Position numbers and translations under genes: made by a program. Below, one piece after another: positions 30,830 through 41,312 of a stretch of DNA of 64,000 nucleotides. Source of the DNA: an uncultured Alphaproteobacteria bacterium (GTDB lineage: Bacteria; Pseudomonadota; Alphaproteobacteria; ATCC43930; CGMCC-115725); assembly GCA_963721625.1 (NCBI GenBank), contig CAVRKF010000012.1, forward strand, positions 104,283-168,282, given 5' to 3'. Within the stretch, counting starts at the first letter, position 1. Every line of letters starts with the position of its first letter. Under the pieces are notes generated by a model, which saw only the letters and a list, made by a program, of their open reading frames with translations, was not told the origin of the DNA and ran no database searches.

Positions 30830-32694
30830 TCAATATGTCAGGACCACGTTGACGAGAACAGAATAGAGAAAGTTGCCGCCTGAAACGGGCGTCGAGTTCC
30901 CGGTCTGATAGAGCGCCGTCAAGCCCGGCGCCCGGCGCGAGCACCGCGCCCGACAGCCGCAGCACGATGTTCTGGGTGTCGAGCGGCCGGTAGGTGAAGG
31001 CGACCGACAGGTCATAGCCGATGCGTGTTGGGAATGTCGGCCTGGTGGCGCAGGAACTCGAGCGTCGCGGTGTTGACGAAGCGCAGATAGTTGAAGTTCG
31101 CCGAGATGCGCAGCTCCGGCAGGACGTCGAAATCCGCGCCCGACGCCGAGCAGCTCGAGCCCGGGATTGGTGAAGTTCGACTGGCCCTCGTCCTTCGAGG
31201 AGCGCAGATCGGCGAGGATGCCGTTGGGCTGGGTCAGCGCGACGCCGCCGCCGCCGATCAGCGGAATGCCCTGGCGGATCCAGTAGCTCGAATCGGCGCC
31301 GGCGAATTGCGGGTTCTCGAAGATCGCGTCGAAGCCCGTGGCGCGGCCGCCCTGCGGGTTGCCGTCGCCGCTGGCGTAGAGCGCGGAGGCGCGGACGCGG
31401 AACCAGTCGAAATCGATCGACGGCTCGGCCGCGAAGAAGAAGGCATCGATGAATTGCGGGGTCTTGGTCGGCGCCGCCGCTGAACTCGTTGTTGTCCTGA
31501 TGGCCGAGCGCCCAATAGGTCGACAGCGTCAGGTTGAGGCGGCCGAAATGCCCGTCGCCGTTATAGCCGAGATAATTGACGTCGTAGTTGTAGCCTTGGA
31601 AGTTCCCGACCGGCAGCGGCCGCACCAGGAAGCCGTTATTGTCGTAATAGATCTCGCCGCCCTCGTGGTTGGTGTTGCGGACATAGGTGATCTGCGAGGT
31701 GAAGCCGGGAACCGGCAGGTCCTGGCGATAGAGATTGGCGACGAAGACGTCGTCCTTGCGCAGCTGCTTGCCGATGTCGTTGAGGCCGCTGTTGGTGTCC
31801 TTCTCCAGCCGGCGGAAATAGGCGAGGTTGTATTGCCAGCGGTTGTTGTCGCGGTTGCCGAACAGGCGCACGCCGAGCTGGCTGTCCTGGAACAGGAAGC
31901 CGCGGAAATCGGTCGAGAAAGGCTGGATGCCGACGCGCACCGAATCGAAATCGTAGCGCTCGGACGACGTTGCGGAGGTGATAGTCGACGAACGCCTCCT
32001 GCAGCGCCGGGAACGAATCGTCGCGCGTCGGTCCCGTGCGCCGGATTGACGTTGACGACGCCCAGCTCCTCGACGTCGGTGTGGTTGAAGTTGAAGGCCG
32101 GCGTCAGGCTGAATTCGAGATCGGGCGGCTTGAAGGCCGTGTCGCCCTTGATGAGATCGAGAGTCTGAGGATGCCGGTCTGGCTCACCAGCGTGCGCCCA
32201 TATTGGCCGAAGACGCTGTTCGAGCCGGGACGGGCGCTTGCCTGCGGCGCCACCGGCGTCGGCACGCGCGCCGGCTCGTAGAGCGTGTCGCTGATGGCGC
32301 CGAAGCTGAAGAACCAGTCATTGCCGAAGATCGGCTTGTCGCCCTTCAAGCGTGTTGGTGTTGTAGGGATCGAACATGTTTTCGTTGCGCCCGAGCGCAT
32401 CGAGGATGCGCCAGCGGTCGGGCACGGGGATGAAATCGTCGCTGGTCGTAGGCTGCGGCGGCGGGACGGCGTTGGGATTGCCGAGCTCGGGCGGCGGCGC
32501 CACCGGCGGCGGCGGCTCGCCCGGGAATGCGCCGCTCCTCGTCCGGCAGCGCCGTCTGGTCGTCGCCAGTACCGGGCATCTGTGCCGTTGCCGGCGGTCC
32601 CGCGACATCGCCGCCAGCGCCAAGGCCAGCACGCCGCATCGCCCGATGCGCCGCGCCGCATGCGGAGCGGGCGGCGCTGCGCCCTCAATCGCAT
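30830..32694 (-). pseudogene. outer-membrane beta-barrel (porin-like) protein, several frame breaks
   Basis: Pieces are in ORFs 32318..32770 and 32104..33492 (signal-like GVLALALAAMS; DFIPVPDRWRILDALG; KGDKPIFGNDWFFSFGAISDTLYEP). ORF 30801..31940 adds FSTDFRGFLFQDSQLGVRLFGNRDNNRWQYNLAYFRRLEKD...NYLGYNGDGHFGRLNLTLSTYWALG. ORF 30830..31015 gives the end, ...GGNFLYSVLVNVVLTY (terminal aromatic residue). The stop lies 7 nt before the start of the cytochrome-propeller gene. Confidence 0.6.
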
Positions 32695-34700
32695 GGCGTC
32701 TGCTCGCGCGAGGTGAGGAACGGCGCCGGCGGGCAGGTGACGTAAAGCGGCGTGAACGGCTGCGAGCCAACCTGCGGCGTGAGCGAGACGCGCGCCGGGT
32801 TGTCGGCGCGGATGGCGGCGGGCGCGTTGGCGAGATTTCCCGCTCCCAGCGCGCCCACGCTCGCGTCGCCCTGGATGCCGAGATAGGCGATCAGCGCGTC
32901 CTGCTGCATGCCGTCGCCGGAAATGCCGAGCGCGCCGACCAGTTCGCCGTTGCGATAGATCGGGATAGCCGCCGGAGAAAATCTGCAGTCCGTTGGCGAT
33001 CTGCGGTCTTGGCTTCGGGGCAGGCATTGGCCGGGCCACGGCCCACGATTGCGCTGCCGCAGCCGGCCGCCGGTCGCCGCGCCACCGCCGAGAATGTTCA
33101 CGAGATCGGCCTTGATGAGATCGATCTGAAGCCCGGTCGAGAACACGCTCCACGAGCCGATCGGCAGGCTGAGCGGCCGTTCGCCTTCGCCGTCCTGGCC
33201 GTCCGGGAAAAAGGGCCGCGCGAGGTTGCCGATCGCGAGCTCGGAAAACGCCGTGCCGCTGGCTGAACAGGGTCGGACGCGTCGACGCTCTCCGCGTTGG
33301 CGTAATAGGAGAACTTGCCGGTCGGCGCTGCTCGGCGCGCGGCGGCGCGCCGACGGGCTGCCGATGATGCTCGATCGTGAAGGCGCTCTGTCGCGTCGCT
33401 GCGCGAGAAGAACACCGCCGAGCGCGCCTTCTGCAGCGACACGTCGGCGCCGAAGACCGGGGCATCGGGCGTGCGCGCCATCGCCAGCACATTGCCGTCG
33501 AGATCGACGACGCTGGCCGTCACCTGCGCATTCGAATTGGCTCGGGATGCGGATGCCGGCGCGGGCTGCCTGCGGCGACCGTGAGCGCGTTGCCGACCAG
33601 CCTGGTCGCCTCGGCCGCGGTGATGGCGTGGCCGTCGGCGGGCGCATGTGCCGGTCGTCGGCGGAAAGCGGTTCGCCGCCGTGCCGGTGCCGACAGTCAT
33701 AGGCGTTGAGATTCGGCCGGATAGGACGCCGCCCCGCCGGCAGCGACGCGTCGGGGAAAATGCCCGAGCCGCCGCGGTGCCATAGGTCATGCCCCGCCAA
33801 TGCCGCGGCGCCGGCGAAGAAGCCGGGCACCGGCGATGAGCGTCGGCGGCGTTATGGCGGCGACGCCCGGCTCGATGCACCGTCGATGGTCCGAGGTAAT
33901 CGAGATTGGCGCCGTTGACCGCGACGTTTGGCGCCTGAATTTGCGCCGGCGCCGCGAAGCCGACCGCCCCGGCGAGCGCGATCCCCTCGTCGTTGCTGTC
34001 GCCGAGGTGGTGCTGGGATTGAGCGAATAGGTCGCGGTGCTCATCACGCCGATGCCGCCGACCAGCACGCCGTTGATATAGAGCGGCAGGCCGCCGGGAT
34101 CGGCCGCCAGCCCGAGCGGCGCATGCATGCGGCCCCGCCGCGGCGCCCCGCCCGTCAGGCCGCGGCTGAAGTCGGAGCACGGCAACTGGCTGAACTGCAC
34201 GCCGAAGAGCGGGCCCGACCGGGTAGCCGTTGACGCCGAGCGGGAAATGCTGCTGGATGATCTGGTTGGCGGTGCGGGTCGAAAAGGCATTGCCGCCCGA
34301 TGAGAGATAGGCGCCGGTGATCGCCTTGGAGATCGCCGCGAGGGTGGTCGGGACCGCCGTATCCTCGAGCCCGGTCGTCGACGCCGGCGTTCGAGGTGAT
34401 CGGTGGCCATCGGCTCGGCGCGCCGGTCATGACTGCGCCACGGCGAGCACGTTGCCGACGCGGTCGACGACCGCGATGATCGCCGGCGTCCCCCTGACGG
34501 TCGCCTCGTTGGCCGCCTGGTTGAGGATCTGTTGCACCTGCGTCGGCGCTGAGCGCCGTCGTGGTCTGGTCGGGAACCGTATAGTTCGCTGCCGGAGAGC
34601 CCGCCGCCGCCGCCGCCGCAATCGGACGGCGCCGCGCACAGCACCGACAGCACCGCCATCGCCGCCTTGAACGCAGGATGCGACAGCAGCGGCCAGCGCC
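32685..34700 (-). pseudogene. secreted protein with two GlcG/HbpS-like (DUF336, heme-binding-type) domains, many frame breaks
   Basis: Copy 1: QVQQILNQAANEATVRGTPAIIAVVDRVGNVLAVAQS (ORF 34427..34639) plus GGLPLYINGVLVGGIGV (ORF 33787..35220). Copy 2: VTASVVDLDGNVLAMARTPDAPVFGADVSLQKARSAVFFS (ORF 33098..34180) plus IPIYRNGELVGALGISGDGMQQDALIAYLG (ORF 32685..33830). The N-terminus is hydrophobic (AMAVLSVLCAAPSDC). The 5' end is approximate. Confidence 0.6.
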
Positions 34701-34718
34701 GGCGGAGTGCCGTGGCCG

Positions 34719-36459
34719 CTATCGGTCCCGCCGCATCATTTGCGCGGCGCTCGCGGTCTTCATCGGGCCCGAACTCCTGGCGGTGGAAGAGATGGCAGGA
34801 GGTGCAGGTCGAGCGCGTCTTGAGCACGGCGCGCTCGGCGCCGTGGCAGGCGACGCAGGTCGCGATGCCCGGCAGCAGCACGTCGCTGCTCTTTTCGGAA
34901 TGCCGCGCGTCGTGGCAATGCGGCGCATGGCGAGCGCCGCATGCTTGGCGTGATCGAATTGCGCCTCGGGCAGGAAGCGGGCGCGCAGGAAGACGGGCGC
35001 CACGGTGAAATTGCCGCCGCTGCGGTCGGTCACGTGGCAATAGGCGCAGCCGCGCTTGGCGTCGAAGATGATGCGCCAGCGCGTCGTTGGCGCGCTGCGC
35101 CGCCCAGGCGAGGGCGTCGCGGCGCTCCGGTCTCGGTCGGCGGCCGGCAGCGGCGTGCCCACCGGGCGCCGCACGACCGCCGGCGCATCGGGATCGTGCA
35201 CGCCGCCCTGCGAGCGCCATGCGGGCATAGAAATCCTCGACCGCGTGTCTTCACGCGCGCCAGCGTCGCCATGCGGCACTTCCCGCCACGGCAGGTCGGC
35301 ATCGAATTTGAGGTCGTGGCAGGAATGGCACTGGCCCTCGAAGGTGATCAGGCTGGAATCCCTGCCCGCTCGGCTCGGGCACATGGCAGTCGGCGCAGGC
35401 CATGACCTTGTGCCCCGCGGGCGTGAGGAAACCGGTCGCGATGAGATGCGCCGCATGCGAGAAGACGAGATTGGAACGGTCCACCGGTTTCGGCGGTGCG
35501 CGCCGAGCAGCATGCGCGCGAAGCGCGGTTTCGCGGCATCGGCGACCACCGTCGCGCGGAACTGCGGGATGGCCGGCGGGAAATCCCGCCACGTCCCGGA
35601 CCCCGGCCTTGGGCGCGGTCGCGGCGAGCGTGGCATGGCAATCGACGCACAGCGCATCCGCCTTGATCACCATGCCGCTGAGGCCGCGATGCTCCTCGTG
35701 GCAATCGGCGCAGCGCAGTCGCGGCGAAATCCTGGCGCGAGGTCGCCGACATCCGCGCCGGCGGCGACGTGACTGCCGATGCCGGCATGGCAGCCGAGAC
35801 AGGCCGTGTCGGATACGCTGGCGAAGGCGCCGCGGTGGCAGGTCGCGCAATTCTGCGCGAAGAAGCGGTGCGGGTTGGAGATGGCGCCGGCGTTCCACGA
35901 CAGGTTGACGAAGTTGACGCGGCACCGAGCGGCGCGGACCGGCTTGCCCAAGGTCGCGACCTGGCCGAAGGAATAAACCGCGACCGGCAGCGCGCAAGCC
36001 CGAGGATGGCGACCAGCGAGAAACAGCACCCACGACCAGCGCCGCCGGCTCCATCCCGCCTGCGCCAGCCCGATGCGGCTTTCGCCGACGAGCCGCTCGA
36101 AGCGCATCGCCCAGCGGCTGCACGAGCTCGACCGTGAGCGCCGCATCGGCGCCCTGGGGCGGCGCGATGACGATGACCTCATAGGGACCGATATGGATCC
36201 GGTCGCCCGGACCGCCACGGTCGCGCTCGTCGGTGCTCTCGCCGTTGACGCGCAGCGGCTCGTCGCCGGCCTGCTGCACGAACAGCCCGCCCTCGCGCTC
36301 GGCCAGCACCGCCGCGTGCAGGCCGACGCGGATGTCGGGAAGCTGCACCTCGTTGTCGCTGCCGCGGCCGAAGCGGAGACTCTCCGCCGTCACGGTCTGC
36401 GACTTGCGCATGATCGCGTCGGCGCCGCGCCGGGTGAGGAAGGTGACCTCAACCTGCAT
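34719..36459 (-). pseudogene. FHA domain - transmembrane - multiheme (9 x CXXCH) cytochrome c3-family protein, several frame breaks
   Basis: The ATG at 36459 gives an FHA-like N-terminus (SLRFGRGSDNEVQLPDIRVGLHAAVL...LRVNGES...IHIGPYEVIV, ORF 35251..36459). A TM follows (WSWVLFLA...). The heme motifs are CATCH and CLGCH (ORF 35667..36218); CADCH, CVDCH and CADCH (35251..36459); CHSCH and CAYCH (34719..35657); CVACH and CTSCH (33787..35220 frame). The 3' end is uncertain to within tens of nt. Confidence 0.7.
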
Positions 36460-36523
36460 CGGCGCCGCTCCGTGTGGAAATGCTTGACGTTCACGGGAGG
36501 CTCACGGTGCGGACGGACGCCGC

Positions 36524-37346
36524 TCACCAATAGAAGAAGACCGAGAAGACATGGGCGAGCGAGCGCCGCCAAGCAGCGCGAAGGACAGCGGCACGTGGAA
36601 ATAGAGCCAGAGATCCATCATCGCCTTGTAGCTGACGTCGCGCCGGGCGCGGGTCAGAAGCTGCGCCTTCTCGTCGAGCAGCACGCGAACCTGCCGGTAG
36701 GCGGCCTGCGTCCTCGGGCGGGCTGCGGGCGGCGATCGCATCGACGCCGCTGAGCGCCGCCGCCGTCGTGCAATGGGGATAGCGCGCGCTCACCTGCTGC
36801 CACACCGAGCCGCCGATCTCGGTATGCTCGATCGCCCGCGTCACCAGCCGCGCCGTCGGCGTCGTCGAGCGCCATGGCGCCGGCGCGCAGCTCGTCGTTG
36901 AGCGCCGGCGATCCGGCCGAGCATCTGCGGCATCGTCGTGCTCGCCGCGGTTGCGGGTCATGAGCCGCGGGTAATGGACATAGCAATAGATGCCGAAGGC
37001 GCCGCTCGCGATGACGAGGCACATCAGCGCATAGGCGAGCGGTGTGGATGTTCCAGCCGAAATGAAAGCCGGTGTGCGAGCGTGGCGACGACGAGGAGCG
37101 CCAGGCCGAGATAGACATGCGCCGACAGCCACGCCTCGAGCTTGCCCTGATTGCTGCGATAGCAGCGCTTGCGGTAGCCGAACCACATCAGCCACAGGAT
37201 CAGCAGCGCGCCCGCCGTGCCGAGGACGTAGCCGACCCAGGTACCGCCATAGCGGCTCGTTGAGCGGCCGCTCGCCGAAATAGAGCACGATGGAAACGAC
37301 GCACCGCCGCCGCCGCGATCTTGAGATAGAAAAAGCGGCGGTACAT
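36524..37346 (-). pseudogene. integral membrane protein of unknown function (about 4 hydrophobic segments, conserved His residues), several frame breaks
   Basis: The ATG at 37346 gives MYRRFFYLKIAAAAV. Hydrophobic pieces appear in three frames: WVGYVLGTAGALLILWLMWF; AWLSAHVYLGLALLVVATL.HTGFHFGWNIHT; AYALMCLVIASGAFGIYCYVHYPRL; MDLWLYFHVPLSFALL; and the end ...AHVFSVFFYW (ORF 36524..37288). Confidence 0.45.
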
Positions 37347-37425
37347 CAGGAACGGCGTATGCCGGTCCTCCTCGTGCGCCAGCGGCGCGCGGCGGCTCCT
37401 CGGCGCGCGGCCGGGTGCGCGCGCA

Positions 37426-39876
37426 TTACCGCGCGCTCCGGATGACGGAGATGAACTGCTCGGGATTGACGCGGATCGCGGCGCCCGTGGGGCAGGCCCG
37501 GACGCAGGCCGGGCCGCCGGCGATGCCCTTGCACATGTCGCACTTGACCGCGTGCTTGCTCCCGGTCCGCCGGGCCAGGCCGTCGGGCGTCTTGTCCTCG
37601 CCCGGACCGTTGCCCGCGCCCGAACAGGAGCCAGCTCAGGAGCCCCGGCTTCGCCGCCGGCACCGCCGCCATCTGGATCACGCCATAGGGGCAGTTGCGC
37701 TCGCAATTGCCGCAGCCGATGCATTTGTCGTCGATGAACACCTCGCCGTTGGGCGCGCGGTGGATGGCGTCGGCGGGGCAGTCCTTCATGCAATGGGGGT
37801 GCTCGCAATGCCGGCACGAGGTCGGCACGTGGAGCGTGTCGTAGGTCGGGCCGGCCTCGCGGTTGAGGCGGCTCACGCCGTGATGGGTCTCGGCGCAGGC
37901 CTTCTCGCAATTGTCGCAGCGCACGCACAGCGCTTCGTCGATGAGCAGCACATCGGTCGCCTCGCCAAGACCCTGGCGGATGAGGAACTCGATGATCCCG
38001 CCCTCGGTCGCGCCATGCTCCATCCGGCGCTGTTCCATCATGCGCTGCTCGAGCCGCTCCTCGACCTCGCGGCGCAGCTCCGGGACGCGGTCGAGCAGCG
38101 CGCGGAAGGCGGCGCTGTCGATCTTGATCGCCTCGGTGGCGACCGCGGCCTTGACCGTGGCGGAGCGCTTGGACTTGGTCAGCATCGCCATTTCGCCGAC
38201 ATAGTTGCCGGCCGGGAGATAGGCCAGCACGATGTCCTTGCCGGCGATGCGGCGCGACACCGTCACCGAGCCCGTGCGCACGAGATAGACGGGATCGTCC
38301 TCGGCCCCCTCCGCGATCAGCGTGTCGTTGGGCTTGAACTCGACGACCTGCGGCGGTGCGCAGCACGTCGGCGAGCAGCGCGTCCTCGACTCCCGGCGCG
38401 AGATACGTCTTGATCTGGCGCACGACGGCGGCGCCATCGACGATCCGCTTGATCTCGGGCACCGAGCGCACCAGGCGGACCATGATGTTGCGGTCGACCT
38501 CGAGCAGCAGCGAGGGCGCGGTGGCGACCGTCGTCGCGGTGCGCCGGCGCCCGGAGATGAGGCCCATCTCGCCGAAGAACTGGCCCGGGCCGAGCCGCAC
38601 CAGGGTGGCCGGATTGGCGGGGTCGATCTCGATGCCGACCTCGCCGTCGAGCACCGAATAGAGCGAGTTGGTGTAGTCGTTGCGCTGGAAGATCACGTCG
38701 CCCGGGTTGGGCTGATGGATCTCGGAATGGATGCAGGAATTCGCGGATCTGCAGCGGCGTGAGCGCGGCGTAGAGCGGCAGCCGCTCGCGCACGGCGGTG
38801 ACGAGTTCCGTCACCGTCATGCGCACCCCGGCGCTGGTCGAGCTTGTCCTGGATCAGCGGCTCGTCAGCCGGCGGGATGCGGTTGCCGAGGATGTATTCG
38901 ACGACCTCATAGCCCTGGTTGAGGCAGTGCTTGATCAGCGGATACCCGGCCAGCGCGCCGATGATGTAGAGCCCCGGAATTTCCGACTCATAGGTTTCGG
39001 ACACTTGCGGGAAGGCGGTCGGGCTGTCGCTGGGAAAATGGATGCCGCAGGATCTCGACGAATTTGCGCGGCGGCAACGCACCGATGCGGGCGATGATGC
39101 GGTCGCATTTGACGCGCGCCTCGCCGTCCGCGGTATCGAGGACGAGAAAGCCGGGCTCGACGCGCTTGGGCTCGGAATTGGAGAAGGCCGTGATCGCGCC
39201 TTTGTTGATCGCCCCTTGCATCAGTGCCGCGTTCGCGGGCTTGGCATAAGGGAAGTCGGCGACCCGGTTGATGATCGAGACGTTGTTGTTGAGCGAGAGC
39301 GCCAGCGCGTTCTCGATCCCGGCATCGCCGGTGCCGATGACGATGATCTCCTCGCCTTTGTACTCGTCGGGATCATCGAGCTGATACTGGACGAAGGGAA
39401 GCTCGGCGCCGGGGATGGTGAGCTTGCGCAGATTGCCCTGAACCCCGATCGACAGCACGACATGTTCGGCCGTGAGCGTCTCGCCGCCGGCGAGGCCGAT
39501 CTCGAAGGCGCCGCGCTGGCCCTTGATCGCGGTGACCTCGGCATTGAGGCGGAGATTGACCTTGGCGCCCCCGATGCCCTGCATCCAGGTGTCGATCACC
39601 TCCTCGCGCGAGCTCTCCTTGAAGCCGAGTTCGCTGCGCAATGGCAGGAATTCCGGCGTCGCCATGACATGCTTGCGCTTCTGGTACTTGAAGATGGTGT
39701 CGTTGACGTGGGCGGTGCGCTCGATCAGGATGTGCTTCTGACCGTCCTCGCGCCGCGCGCGCCGCAGCGCTCAGCCCTGCCGGCCCCGATCCGACAATGG
39801 CGATCGCATAATCAGCGGCCACCGCATCCCCCACATCAAAGCGAACGCGCCTCACTCTCCCCGCGCGTTCTTGCAC
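37426..39876 (-). pseudogene. multidomain oxidoreductase: FAD/NAD(P)-binding (thioredoxin-reductase-like) + two cyclic-nucleotide-binding domains + 4Fe-4S ferredoxin domain; several frame breaks
   Basis: FAD motif YAIAIVGSGPAGLSAAARAA (ORF 39373..39876). Second Rossmann motif EEIIVIGTGDAGIENALAL (38988..39665), and PGLYIIGALAGYP (38693..39082). cNMP motifs GQFFGEMGLISGRRRTATTVA (37200..38696) and GNYVGEMAMLTKSKRSATVKA (37346..38437). Fe-S motifs CVRCDNCEKAC, CRHCEHPHCMKDCP and CIGCGNCERNCP, plus CDMCKG...ACVRACP read from the last frame. The stop is at 37426..37428. The start may be an internal GTG near 39834. Confidence 0.75.
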
Positions 39877-39968
39877 TCATGCAATACCATATCGGCGATT
39901 GGCACAACAGGTTCTGATTGCTCTGGGGAGCGGAAAAACGCGGCCGCAGGCAGCGCCCGAGCCTCGCC

Positions 39969-40743
39969 TCAATCGACCCCGACCGCCGTCCCCAGCGCCG
40001 CGCCGATCGCCTGGTGAACGACGACGTCGGCGAGCGCGTCGAGAGGGGTGGGGTCGCGATTGACGATGGCGAGCGCCGCGCCGTTGCGCTTGGCGCGCTC
40101 GGGAAAGCCGGCGGCCGGATAGACGACGAGCGACGAGCCGACGACGACGAAGACATCGGCCGCCAGCGTCGCTTCGTGCGCGCGCCGCATCGCCGCTGCG
40201 GGCATCGCCTGTCCGAACGACACGGTCGCGGTCTTGACCAGGCCGTTGCAGCGCGCGCAGCGCGGCGCCGCCCCGTTACACTCGAAGGCGGGGCGCAGCG
40301 CCTCGATCTCGTAACGCTCCGCGCAGTCGAGGCAATGGGCGTAGGTCGTGTTGCCGTGCAGCTCGACCACCTGGTCCTCGCCGAGACCCGAGGCCTGATG
40401 CAAGCCCGTCGATGTTCTGCGTGATCACCGCGGCGATGCGGCCGCGCCGGACCAGTTCGGCGACCGCACGGTGGCCGCGATTGGGCCGGGCCGCGCGAAA
40501 CACGGCGTCGCCCTCGAACTGCCGCCGCCACGATTCGCGCCGTGCCGCCTCCGAGGCGAGGAAGGCCTCGAAATCGATCGGCGCCATGCGCGTCCACAGC
40601 CCGCCCGGGCTGCGGAAATCAGGGATGCCCGATTCCGTGCTGATCCCGGCGCCGGTAAAAACGACGCCCCGCCGCGCACCGGCGAGCAGGCGCTCGAGCG
40701 CGGTAAGATCGTGATCGTCGAATATCGAATCCGTCCCCGCCAT
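39969..40743 (-). pseudogene. cobB: NAD-dependent protein deacylase, Sir2/CobB family, one frame break
   Basis: The ATG at 40743 gives MAGTDSIFDD...VVFTGAGISTESGIPDFRSPGGLW...AVITQNIDGL (frame of ORF 40276..41238). ORF 39969..40403 continues with HQASG...VVELHGN...CLDC...CARC...VVVGSSLVVYPAAG. The junction is near 40405. Confidence 0.85.
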
Positions 40744-40759
40744 CGCCGCTTCGCCTTCG

Positions 40760-41290
40760 TCAGCCCGACCGCGCTTCGACCCGGCTCGCCAGCCCCATGC
40801 TCCCGGCCGTGTTCGCCACCGCGGCAAGACAAGTCTGCGCCCGCTCCGGCAGCAGCCACACGGCAAACCGCGTGACATAGCGGCCGCCTTCGGCCTCGGG
40901 CAGCTTCTGCGCGTCGAGTCGCACGATATTGGCACCGTATTGCGCGAAAATCTCGGCAAGCCGGGCAATGAGGCCGAGCTGGTCGCCGCCTTCGATCTCG
41001 ACGCGATGGGTGATGCGCCCCATCGCGCCCGGCACGGGATCGAACGGATAAGGCACCACGCGAATCGCCGCGCCCTCGAGCTCCGCCACCAGCGCGAGGC
41101 TGTCCTCGAGCGCCGCCGGCGATAGCAGCGGCGGTAGCTCGCAGATCGCGGTGAACTCGGCGCCTTTGCCCAGCGCGGCAAAAGTGGTGTCGCGAAGATT
41201 GATGCCCTGCGCGAAGAGGTGGTCGGCGATCGCCGCAACGAGACCGACCTGGTCCTGACACAGGATCGACACCAGCGCGACGGAAGTCAT
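40760..41290 (-). CDS. tandem ACT-domain protein (GcvR-like)
   Basis: Intact 176-aa ORF. It has two ACT-like halves (VSILCQDQVGLVAAIADHLFAQGINL...; VEIEGGDQLGLIARLAEIFAQYGANIV...). Confidence 0.65.
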   Translation of the reverse strand: MTSVALVSILCQDQVGLVAAIADHLFAQGINLRDTTFAALGKGAEFTAICELPPLLSPAALEDSLALVAELEGAAIRVVPYPFDPVPGAMGRITHRVEIEGGDQLGLIARLAEIFAQYGANIVRLDAQKLPEAEGGRYVTRFAVWLLPERAQTCLAAVANTAGSMGLASRVEARSG

Positions 41291-41312
41291 GGGCGCCGCT
41301 CCCTTCTCGCGC

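Noticed and set aside
39895-39925. A TGGCAC element (ttggcacaacaggttctgattgct) upstream of the redox cluster, considered as a sigma-54 promoter.
   Set aside because: The spacing to the nearest TTGC is wrong for the -24/-12 geometry. The element is also oriented on the plus strand, pointing away from the minus-strand operon.
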